DNA of 24,299 nt from NCBI RefSeq assembly GCF_004010195.1, contig NC_057749.1:24195359-24219657 (forward strand), in the 5' to 3' direction. Below are positions 1 through 10,645 of the stretch, in pieces. The notes beneath the pieces were generated by a model. That model was not told where the DNA came from, made no database searches, and was given only the letters and a program-made list of their open reading frames with translations. Position 1 is the first letter of the stretch; every line of letters starts with the position of its first letter. Both the position numbers and the translations under genes were made by a program. Source of the stretch: Chiloscyllium plagiosum. Lineage: Eukaryota.

Positions 1-43
1 CCCTCTCCCTCTTTTTCCAATATTATTTACAAGTATATTTTAG

Positions 44-247
<204 letters not shown>

Positions 248-326
248 TGAAAACCTACCCTAAAGGGGGCAACTCCAGTATCTGGAGCCCAATCCCCAGA
301 TGTTTATAAACAAGGGATTAAAAAGG

Positions 327-567
327 CTGTAAAGTATGCAAAAAGAAAAGCGCGTCGATGGTTAACGTGCAGCAATGTCGACTGTAAAATGTGCAAGTTA
401 ACCCGCAGATAAACTGTAGACTGAAATGTGCAAAAGTTAACGCTTAAATTGTTAAAATGCAGCATTGTAGACTGTAAAATGTGCTAAATTAATGTGTAGG
501 TAGTTAAAATGCAGCTTTGTAGACCTTAAAATGTGCAAACTTAACGCGCAGATGATTAAAATGCGAG
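327..567. repeat. Degenerate ~50-bp tandem repeat in intron 1a-2a
   Basis: Units like gttaaaatgcagcattgtagactgtaaaatgtgc..ttaa start at 361, ~412 (shortened), 451 and 503, with partial copies on both sides. Confidence 0.75.
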
Positions 568-720
568 TCTTTTTTTTAAAAACCTTACGGATTTGTAGAA
601 AAAGCATGCTCTTGTCCGATTCTATCCAGATTTGCATCAATGTTAATTTGTTGTGGGGAGGATGGGGCTAATTTGGACCACGGCTTTGTTTGATGGCTCT
701 CTGATGAATTGTCTGTGTAG

Positions 721-846
721 TTTGAGGATGATGCTTTGCAACTAGAGAAGAAATTGCGAACCGTGGAGGATGAGAGGGATAAGTTTATAGAAGATTTCAA
801 CAAGGCGGAAGAGCGGCAGCTGCTGGCGGAGGAGAATGCCACTAAG
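721..846 (+). CDS. TPM1: TPM1 alternative exon 2a, smooth-muscle/kappa type (FEDDALQLEKKLRTVEDERDKFIEDFNKAEERQLLAEENATK)
   Basis: Acceptor gtgtag| at 720, 126 nt, phase 0, donor AAG|gtattg at 847. The EDERD...KAE...LAEE.A.K pattern matches vertebrate exon 2a. Absent from the ORF track. Confidence 0.93.
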
Positions 847-863
847 GTATTGGTGCGAGGTGA

Positions 864-1295
<432 letters not shown>

Positions 1296-2844
1296 TGACA
1301 AGTTTCAAAAGCACCCCCACCCCTCACTGATTCTTGTGATCCATTTATATTCTGTTTCACTCAATTCCTCTCCCCAAATGCTTCGGCAGGCAGCTGGATG
1401 CCAAGACGACATTAATAATATCCCTTGTAGGTTTAAATCAGGATTAGGTGGTGTGTATGTCCTGAGTAGGTATCTGGGTGTATTTATAGCTCAGTGCTTT
1501 ATATGGCATGGATATGCACTGGCTTAAGGGAGCTGTCCCTGGGGGAGAGGCACGTATTTGTCCCCTTGTCAAACAAGGCTGTTTAACAAAAAGGGAAATC
1601 CACTCGTAACTCAATCTCAGTGCAAACGATCAGGAGCAAAAAAATCTGACTGAGAGATCCCATCAAACGCTCCCACTAAAGACTCTTTTGCAGCGCCCTA
1701 CAACCAGCGGATCCAATTGACAGGAACCCAAAATCCACTCCCGCCCCAATCTATTTGTAATGCGTTCCGTAAAGGATATTCCTTAAAAGGAAAAGTATGC
1801 GGAGTATTCCGAATAGCATTTATATCCCTGGCATTTTGGAGAGCCAATAACCCCGGCTGCTTCAGATAACCACAGTATTAACTTTGCCAAGTTCCATCAC
1901 CCCTGGGAGCTGTATTAACAAGCGCCACGTGTAAATCCCGCTCCCAGTTCTGAGCTATTTACACTTTATTGTTATGTCCCATAGAACGGGTAACAACATC
2001 CCAGACTCCGGTTACTTTATCTACCTCCAGGACGGGCTGCCTCCCCAGTCCGGTCTATTTCAAATCAATCCCCTGTTTTTTTGTTTGTTAAGAGTTTACA
2101 GGATCTTTTCCAGCTCTGTGTGATTGTCACTTCTGGAACATTCCCCCAATTATATTTTCAAATTGCTATCATTCAAAAAAAGAAAGGGGAGTTCTATGAC
2201 CCCCTACTGTCCAATGTGTTCAAGCCCTGAGACTGTCTGAGCTAGGGGGAAGATTCCCTCAAATAAGTTGGGGGGTTTTTTTGGTGAATATCTACGGAAG
2301 ATAGTTTGTTGCTAACAGCTTCTGGATTATGACAGTTATTCAACGATACAGTTATCAAACTAAGAGGTGAAAAGAATGATGTTTTTCCTTGCTGTACTTT
2401 CACTGATGGTGCTGACTTCTCTAGTGTTCGATTTAACTCCCCGCTGGGTTAGTGGACTCAAACCTTCAGTCTAATTTCTCATGTTTGAATCCTGACAGTG
2501 GGTAGCGATGGGCAAGAACACCTTGGCACCTGGTAGCCAAGACCCCTCTAATCCTGAGCAAGCGTGTGCCAATGTGCACTGATCCAGGACAGGTGAAGAC
2601 GTTCATAGGTACCAATTGGGACTTCGAACAGTGGCTGACCTCTCCCTTCACGATCCGGCTGGACTGAGAATACTGCCTTACACCCAGACCACTTACCGAT
2701 CCCAGGCCTTCCTGTGTTGTATGGTAGTGACTCACTGAGTCGTACGGAAGTTAGTGGAATCAGTTTAATGGGTTGGATTAGCTCAACATTCAGTGTTAGT
2801 CGTGGAATTCTGATTGTCAGGGAGCAGGGACTCCTAGGGGAGAA

Positions 2845-3124
2845 AACAGTCTGATCTCAATTGCTCCTGGACAGACAGAGCACAATCTGATCCCAGGGGC
2901 TACAGCACAGAGAGAGAGAAAGAGAGAAAGAGAGAGAGAGAGAGCATGGTGTATTCCCAGGGGCTATAGGAGAGAGAGAGAGAAAGGGAGCTTGGTGTTT
3001 TCCCAGGGGCTATAGGACAGAGAGAGAGAAAGAGAGAGAGAAAGAAAGGTGTATTCCTGGGTATGTATTCAAAGAAAGAGAGAGAGAGAGAACACATGGT
3101 GTATTCCCACAGGTGCTATAGGAC

Positions 3125-3155
<31 letters not shown>

Positions 3156-3592
3156 TGTATTTCCAGGGGATATATTCAGAGAGAGAGAGAGAGAGAGAAA
3201 GCACAATGTACACCCCAGAGCTATAGGACGGATAAAGCTCAGTCTAACGTTAGAGGCTACCGTGCAGAGAGTGCAGAATCCGACCTTACCTCAGAAATTA
3301 TTGGACCAAGTGAGCACAGTCCGATCGCATGGCCAGTACACTGAATGAGTACAATCTGATCCATGGTGCTTAGGCATGATACCACATAGTTTGATCTCAG
3401 CGGTTCCAACACAGAGAGTTCAGTTTGATCCCATGAGCAGAGACAGCATAGTCTGATCTGACCCCAAGGGTTGTTGGACTGAACAGCACAGTCTGATCCC
3501 AGGGGCCCCAAAACAGAGAGAGAGTCATTGTCCTTTGATTATTCCCTCCTCCTGTGGCTGTGGAAAAATAACTGAGCATCAGGGCTCTGATC
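2845..3592. repeat. Degenerate ~35-bp minisatellite, centrally expanded by (AG)n runs
   Basis: Recurring agcacagtctgatccc / ggtgtattcccaggggcta core. (AG)n tracts lie between units from 2908 to 3198. Confidence 0.8.
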
Positions 3593-3848
3593 CAGTGGGT
3601 CAGCTTTTCTTGGGCAGCTCATACCAGCTGTTACCAAGCACTGGTCAGAAACCAGTGCACCCTATTCCAGTGTTAACCATAACCAGTATTGCAGAAAGCT
3701 TTAAGTGAGATGAGTGAACATGAACATAACCAGGAGTGACCGTCCTGGCTGATTCCACCCTCACTACAACTCCTCACACCACCTACCCTCCTCCCTCTCC
3801 CTAACCCAGCCGAAATCATCCCATACCCAACCAAACCCATTCCCACTA

Positions 3849-4305
3849 ATCATAGGATCATACAGCACGGAAACAGACCCTTCAGTCCAACCAGTCCATG
3901 CCGAACTTGATCCCAAACTAAGCTAGTCTTACCTACCTGCCCCTGGCCCATATTCCTCCAAACCCTTCTTATTCATGGACTTATCCAAATACCTTTTAAA
4001 TGTTGTAACTTTACCTGCATCCACTACTTCCTCAGGAAGTTCATTCCATATGTGAACCACCCTCTGTTAAAAAAAAAATGCCCCTTGTGTCTTTTTTAAA
4101 TCACTCTCCTTTCACCTTAAAAGTGTACTCTTGGAATTCTTCAATCTAGGGAAGAGATACCTATCATTAACCCGATCTATACCCTTCATGATTTTAAAAA
4201 TCTCTATAAGGACACCCCTTAACCTCCTACATTCCAGTGAAAAAGCCCTTTCCTTTGTAACTCAAACCTTCCATACCCAGCAACATCCTGGCAAATCTCT
4301 TCTAA
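3849..4305 (-). mobile_element. CR1/HER1-like LINE 3' fragment
   Basis: Begins with the reverse-complement LINE tail (catag..tcatacagcacggaaacagacccttc) shared with the copies at 5580, 10646, 16186 and 20918. Confidence 0.8.
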
Positions 4306-4699
4306 ACCCACTTAATAATATAACAGGGCTGGGAACGCTGACTCTCATTGTACCTCAACACTGTACAGTACATTTATGCAGATTTTTGTGAATGTTTGTG
4401 CTTGTCAAGGTGCCAGCTACCAGTGCTGTGGATGTAGGATGCCTGACATGGTGGGCACTCAATGCCAACTCTCAGCACGATGTGGGCACAGACCCCATGA
4501 AAAGTAATTCTCGTACTCTGAAAGAAAGAATCTGTTTCCCAAATCACTGTTCACAACCACAGGGCCTTCCATTTGAGAAGCACTTCTGAAACACGGGGAA
4601 AAAAAATCAGGAATAGCTGGAGAAACTCAGCATGTCTGGCAGCATCTGTGGAGAGAGAAAACAGAGTTTACATTTCGAGTGACCCTTCTGAAACTTTGT

Positions 4700-4998
4700 C
4701 ATTGTTGCAATTGGGAACTATGGCAGACAATTTACACACAACAAGCCCCCACATCCAGCAATGTAATAATGATCAGATAATCTGTTTTTGTGATGTTTAA
4801 GGGATCGATATTGGCCAGGAGAATGCTACAGGGCTGTTCTTCCGAATGGGGCAATGGAATCTTTTATGTCCACTCGAGAACAGGCTGGGTTTAACATCCC
4901 ATTTGAAACAGTACTTCTAATAATGTAGTACTCACTCTGAGCAACAATGAAAATGCTGGTCTAGATTTTGTGTTGGAGAGTGAGCTGACACTCAGGAC
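4700..4998 (-). mobile_element. Old Deu-domain SINE relic (SacSINE1/AmnSINE-like)
   Basis: ggtttaacatcccatttgaaa...gtagtactcactc...ctagattttgtg resembles the reverse complement of the DeuSINE core as I recall it; not aligned. Confidence 0.5.
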
Positions 4999-5579
4999 TG
5001 TGCGCATTTCGTGCAGTAGCCAATCTAAACCAGATTACCAACCAAACATTAGTCTGTGCTAAATTTTGTTGAGTTTATGAATCACAGAATTGCTATAGTG
5101 CAGAAGGAGGCCATTTGGCCCATCATGCCTGCACTGACTTCCTCAGCATTTTAGCTTAGTACAAAATCCTGCCCTTTCCGCTTAACTCCGTGCATTGTTT
5201 TTACTTAAGTAATCTTCCAATGCTCTCTTGAATGCCTCATTTGAACACTTCAAGGCAGTGCATTGCAGACTCTAACTATTCATTATTGAAAAATGAAATG
5301 AACTGTCACACAGTACAATGTAGAGACAGGAAGCATTGACTCCCCCAGTCTACATTAAACTGCCCTTATTGCAGAGTTTATTAAATTATATCCATACATA
5401 GGATGTGATGGTAAATCACTGACATACCTCCATTTCCATAGCATGATTTTATTGGGATGTGGGTGTTGCTGGCAATGCCAACATTTGTTGCCCATCCTAA
5501 TTGCCTATGAAGTGACTAGCTGAAAAGTCAGTTTAAGAGCCAGCCACATTGTTATGGTTCTGTGGTAAACCAGACCAAG

Positions 5580-5722
5580 TCATAGAGTCATAGAGATGTA
5601 CAGCATGGAAACAGACCCTTCAGTCTAACTTGCCTACGCCAACCAGATATCCTGACCTAATCTAGTCCCATTTGCCAGCACTTGGCCCATATCCCTCTAA
5701 ACCCATCCTATTCATATACCCA
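5580..5722 (-). mobile_element. CR1/HER1-like LINE 3' tail
   Basis: catagagtcatagagatgtacagcatggaaacagacccttc... is very similar to 10646-10790. Confidence 0.85.
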
Positions 5723-5932
5723 CAAGTGGCAGCTATCCTTCCTGAAAGGGATTTGTGACAATTAATAATTATGTGGCTACTACTAGAGACAATGCTTTAT
5801 GGATACTTCCAAATCAACCTGTTCATTATTATGCTATTATACATCAATGGAGCAGATGATCCTTGAACCCAGTTTTCCTCAGCGAGAGTGGGGACATTTC
5901 CAGTATAACACTAGAGCCCCAATAAGATTAGC

Positions 5933-6121
5933 AGGTCAGGCAGCATCCAAGGAGCAGGAGAATCGACGTTTCGGGCATAAGCCCTTCTTCAGGAATCCTG
6001 AAGAAGGGCTTATGCCCGAAACGTCGATTCTCCTGCTCCTTGGATGCTGCCTGACCTGCTGCGCTTTTCCAGCAACACATTTTCAGCTCTGATCTCCAGC
6101 ATCTGCAGTCCTCACTTTCTC
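5933..6121 (+). mobile_element. Palindromic Penelope-like insertion with 16-bp TSD
   Basis: Perfect 64-bp inverted arms 5930-5993 / 5997-6060. Direct repeat CCCCAATAAGATTAGC at 5917-5932 and 6122-6137. Confidence 0.85.
5993..6030 (+). ncRNA. Minimal type I hammerhead ribozyme motif
   Basis: GAAUC (stem I) - CUGAAGA - A - GGGC UUAU GCCC (stem II) - GAAA - CGUC - GAUUC (stem I'). Predicted cleavage is after C6025. Confidence 0.7.
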
Positions 6122-6427
6122 CCCCAATAAGATTAGCTTTATTTCCCAGATTTACGAATTGAACTTAAATTCTACCAGCTGGTGTGCTGGGATTTAAAAC
6201 CTGCCTCCAGAATTTTAGCTGGAGTCGCTGGATTCTATGTGAAAGTGAGGTGCTGGAGATTAGAGTGGAGAGTGGAGTGCCAATCCTGTGGCATTACTGC
6301 TGCCGCAGCAGTCTACATTGGCTCCAAACTGCAGGTTTGAGGTGAATTTTTAATTTGTTTGTTCTGTTTCATTACCCCCACACTACCGCCTATCTGCGGT
6401 AGTGCTCAATTTTCCCCCGCACCCATG

Positions 6428-6529
6428 TTCTGTGTGTGTAGGTTTGAGACAGTGAAAGAGACAAGGTGCACGAATCTTTATTCAATTTCCACCACCAGGA
6501 AGAAAAGAAACACCCGAGTGGCCAGTGAG
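6428..6529 (-). mobile_element. Possible LTR 3' end fragment
   Basis: The minus strand reads ...AATAAAgattcgtgcaccttgtctc...acacacagaACA: a polyA signal followed by a CA terminus. No second LTR is seen. Confidence 0.35.
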
Positions 6530-7511
6530 ATTTTTTTTTTAATTGATTCGTCGGACATGAGTATCGCTGACTGGGTCAATACTTATTGACTATTATTAGT
6601 TGCCTTAGAGAAGGCGGCACAAATCTGCCTTCTTCAACCACTACAGTCCATTTGGTATAAGTAGCCCCCAATGCAATTAGCGAGTTTCAGATTATAACAT
6701 TATTTCTTACAAATAAGGCGGACATCCATCTCTGCTGAAGAATGGAAAAATAACAGATTTCCTTGTGATTATTACACTGGTTTTGTGAGATTTCGCTGCC
6801 GACATTTCCACAGGAGTACTTGATTGATATCAAAAGCCCGGAAATGCCCTGTGCCTGAAATTTCATGCCTTTTCAATTTTAAGTAAATGACTTGAGTGGT
6901 GCAGGGTTCGTTTATGAAATATTGAATTCAGCACTTAGGTGATGCATCATTACACTTACAGGATTTTAGAGACCTGTTCTCCAGTAAACACACGTTTAAG
7001 ATCTTCAGCCGGGTTTATTAGAGTGTCCTTGTGGTGTTTGAATTTGATCAAATTCCAAATCCTCTAATCCTGTAGGTGGCGCGTTCCTGGTGTGAAACAC
7101 CTTGGAATGTGAAATCGATCAGAATGTCACTTTTGAGGTGTGGCGTCTGCGACCAAATATTTTTTAAAAAAAGAAACTGCACCAAAAATATTGATTTACA
7201 AATGCAACCACCCGGAAAGCTGAGAATTTGAACTGAAGACACCTATTTGCATTTTAAAAAAATTCCAACATTCCCCCCTCCCCCCAGCTTCCTGGTGGGG
7301 AGGAGAGGGTTAAAAACTAGGCTACTTCCGGTGCTAAGTGCATTTGAAACCGGGAGAGTGGAGATTTTTTTTAAAAAGGGATCTTTTCCCCCCGGTTCCT
7401 TTTGATTTTTCAAAACCAAAATCTTTCCCCTCCACCTTTTTTTCAATAGAAGTGGGAGGAGAAGTGAAAGGTGTTGGTGCAGCGGGGGGAGGGAAAGTAA
7501 AGGAGATTAGG

Positions 7512-7643
7512 ATGGCCAGTGCGATGTCGGTGGATGCAGTCAGGAGGAAGATTAAAAGCTTACAGGACCAGGCAGATGTGGCGGAAGAAAAAGCAGAGAG
7601 GCTGCAGAGGGAAGTGGACGAGGAGCGACAGTGCCGTGAGCAA
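7512..7643 (+). CDS. TPM1: TPM1 alternative first exon 1b for low-molecular-weight isoforms (MASAMSVDAVRRKIKSLQDQADVAEEKAERLQREVDEERQCREQ)
   Basis: Strong Kozak aggATGg, 44 codons with the AVRRKI.SLQ.QAD.AEE.A motif, donor CAA|gtgaga at 7644. Confidence 0.95.
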
Positions 7644-7699
7644 GTGAGAGCGAATACAATTGAGGGGGAGGAATTGTGGGCATTGGGATCCAGGCGATG

Positions 7700-7782
7700 G
7701 TAACTGTGTAACCTTGGGCTGCAACAGTGTAACCCTCAGCGGGCAACAATGTTACCCTGGGCTGCCACAGTGTAACCCTCAG
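7700..7782. repeat. ~21-bp tandem repeat, 4 copies, just after exon 1b
   Basis: aacagtgtaacc-like core at 7702, 7723, 7745 and 7766. Confidence 0.75.
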
Positions 7783-8559
7783 GCAGGAGGTGGGAAGGAG
7801 CTCCCTGCTTCATCTCGAGCCAGCAAAGCGAGCGACGGGCAGGAAGCTGGCCTATTTCCCAGGACCAGACCTACCTGTTTCCTAACGTGACTGGGGATTT
7901 ACTCGGGTGAGGTTTGTAGGGGAGACACTACTTCAGATTAAAGCACCAACGTGTGTACTGTCTAAAATGTGGCTGAGTCCGTCTGGAAATGCAAGCTATT
8001 TTTTCAAAAGAGCTTTCTCTCCCTAATTACAGATCGGAATTTAATTGAAGCTCCCCCACTCCCCATGCCTTGTACTTTAGTTTTCCTTTGAGATTGGAGC
8101 TGGCTTCCTAGGTTTTGAAGATTACACTTAATTCAGGAAACTGGTTTATGGAGTGTGGTTTAGTCACTATAATGAGTTCATCCAAAGGTTAAATCAAATC
8201 GAGGTGTACATTTAGTTATGGTCTTGTTTCGGGTGGATTTGGGTGGTGAATGACTGGGAGGTGAATCTAGAGTGATGAGTCCTAGATTTCTGATAAATCG
8301 GCTGTAAGAAGTCTCTGTGCTTTCCCCTTTGATGTGGTCTGTGCTGTATTTGAAAGGTTGGCTTCAGCTTAATCTCCTTGCGGCTGGCTGTGTAATTCTT
8401 TCGCTGTTGGGCAGAACAAAGGAGAGGCAGCCACAGGCCTTAATCAGCTCAACCCAGGGCTGTCTGTTCAAAGCCTCCTGGTTTATCTGAACAAGGGGCC
8501 TATCTAAGGCATCTCCTTCCCCCTCAGGCAGTTGCTGGGGATCAAGGATTCCCTGATTT

Positions 8560-9375
8560 CACTCCTGGGTCCTGGGATGGTTGATAAGTCGAACATGGAT
8601 TAGCAGACTCTGCCAATGGCAGGCATTGCTTTGAGGGACAGGTTGTAAGGGCACTGACCTGCATACCTCCCATTCTCCCTTTTGGATGTTCCCAACAGGT
8701 GTCTCCCAAGCATTCAAGACTTTCACAAATGGATCATCTCCATGTTGGTCACTTACCACGGGGAAGGTAGTCTGACCCCTTTGGGGCCTTTCTGACAGAA
8801 ATCCCTGAAGTACTTCCAGTATCCCTCTGGGAGTCACTTCCAAGTGGAATTCTGAGTGGAATGGGATATTTTACATTGTTGCATGAGGCACGTGGACAGC
8901 ATATCCTGCCCCTTGGAGCTGGTTGTGAGTGAATAATGCCTCGATGTTGGGCAAGGTGGTTTGGGATAGGATGTTGCTGATGGGATTCCTTTCTTGCCCC
9001 TGGATCAGAGGAATCTTGCAGAAGTCATCCCTGATTTTTGCTGCACCATGACTTTGAGGAGAATTCCTGATGAAGGGCTTGTGCCCAGAATGTTGATTCT
9101 CCTGCTCCTCGGATGCTGCCTGGTGTGCTGTGCTTTTCCAGCACCACACCCTCAACAGTGCTTCAAGGGGCTTGCTGTGGGCTGTCCAGGTCTCTGAGGC
9201 CTAAAGGAGTGTGAGGTCACAGCTGCCTCTTTAACCTGGTTTGAGATCCTGGTCCTGGAATAATCTCTCGCTCAGTCAGCTCAGCTGGCATGTTGAGGGT
9301 AGTGAAAAATGCTGTTGCTAGTGTCTGCCTTCATGGACAGAAAGCTCCCAAGTTCTGGAAAATGGATCATATTTT
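8560..9375 (-). mobile_element. Decayed RTE-clade LINE, RT C-terminal region
   Basis: Minus-strand peptides DHFPELGSFLSMKAD and CKIPLIQGQERNPISNILSQTTLPNIEALFTHNQLQGAG resemble RTE motifs (FPYLGS; LRKIL.I.WQD...VL....LPSIEA......LRWAGH). Frameshifted. Confidence 0.65.
9058..9156 (+). mobile_element. Single-arm Penelope-like relic with degenerate hammerhead core, nested in the RTE
   Basis: cctgatgaagggcttgtgcccagaatgttgattctcctgctcct.ggatgctgcctg is homologous to 5997-6080, with GAAA mutated. Confidence 0.75.
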
Positions 9376-10074
9376 CCACTGCTGCCGTTTGAGAGTGGCT
9401 GGGGTGGGAGGGGGTGTTGGCCTGTGGAAGCTGGTTGGAAGAAGGCCCTTGGTTTTCAAAGCGTTTGGTGAAAGGCCCCTTGTCCTCCAGTTGTTCAGGT
9501 CAGGAGCTGACAAATGACCTGGAGCTCTGATTTTTTTTTTACCCCTGAGTGCATACAGATGCAAATATCCCTGGAAACCCTGTCTGCCTCAGTCTGTGTG
9601 TTCGCCCCAGTGTCGAGTTAGATTGAAAAGGCCAAACAACAAAACCCCTTGGAGCAGGTAGAATTTCAGCAAGGATTTTGAAACACACTGGAGATTCATA
9701 GCTGTGCAATTTCATTTGCTTTATCTGGAAAAGAAATGTTTGGAAATGTGTCTGGGGATACTACAATTGTGCCAATGTCCCAAAGGGAAGACCAGTATGA
9801 CAGTGGAGACTACAGAGGAGCCTCTCTGCTATCTTGCCGCTATCTTCCCCCTCAACTGCTAGCGCCCAGTGGCTGAGGAATTCCTTACACAGCCACAGTA
9901 TGGTTTTTATTTTGTCCCTGGAGAGGCATGTAATCTTCGCCTGTAATCTGCTGTAAATTCAAGTAAAGTGCAAGGAACAGTGTTAACTGCTGTACCATTA
10001 GCAACCTCTTGGACTGTTGAATGTCTAGTTTAGATGAGGGAGGTTCTTCTCTGCTTTGGCTATCCCTTGAAATT

Positions 10075-10360
10075 CTGGCTTCGGGCAACTGTCTGTGTGG
10101 AGTTTGCACATGCTCCCTGTGTCTTCCTCTGGGTGCTCCTGTTTCCTCCCACAATCCAAAGATGTACAGCTTAGGTGGATTGGCCATGCTAAATTGACCA
10201 TAGATTTTCAGGGATGTGTAGGTTAGGTGCATTAGTCTGGGGTAAATGTTGGATAGGGTTGGGGAATGGGTCTCGGTGGGTTAGTCTGGGAGGGTCGGTG
10301 TGCACTTGTTGGGCTGAAGGGCCTTTTTCCACACTGTGTAGGGATTCTAGGATTCTATGA
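10075..10360 (+). mobile_element. HE1-like V-SINE, 5'-truncated
   Basis: V-domain tgtgtggagtttgcac...tttcctcccacaatccaaagatg and 3' tail gggctgaagggcct...cactgt. Confidence 0.85.
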
Positions 10361-10645
10361 AATTTGGCACAATCCCTACATATGTTCTGTGATTACTCTC
10401 ACTACACCACAGACTATATCCATGGAGAATGGGATTAGGTCGAAATTAAGAACAAAGTGATGAAGAAACTCTGCAGGTTTGGCAGCTTGTGTGGAGAGAG
10501 AACAGAGTGAACATTTTGAGTCCAGGATGACTTCTCTTCATAATATAGCGACGGTGACTTGTGTTCAATTCCAAATATTAACTCTGTTTCTCTCTATCAT
10601 CATCAGAAGTCATTCTGGGCTCAGAATTTCAAGTCTGCTTTCTCT

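Noticed and set aside
2900..3348. RE/SL-rich ORFs
   Set aside because: Translations of the (AG)n microsatellite.
3230..3592. CRISPR-like repeat-spacer appearance
   Set aside because: Vertebrate intron with no cas genes. The repeats are short and degenerate and the spacers are related to each other, which fits a minisatellite.
5930..6060. miRNA precursor or DNA-transposon MITE
   Set aside because: The perfect stem is asymmetric within the insertion (a 61-nt unpaired 3' tail), the TSD is long and related copies occur nearby. This fits a retroelement-derived inversion.
7338..7511. In-frame N-terminal extension of exon 1b suggested by ORF 7338..7703
   Set aside because: That ORF starts at GTG, there is no upstream in-frame ATG, and the 7512 ATG has a strong Kozak context and gives the canonical 44-codon exon.
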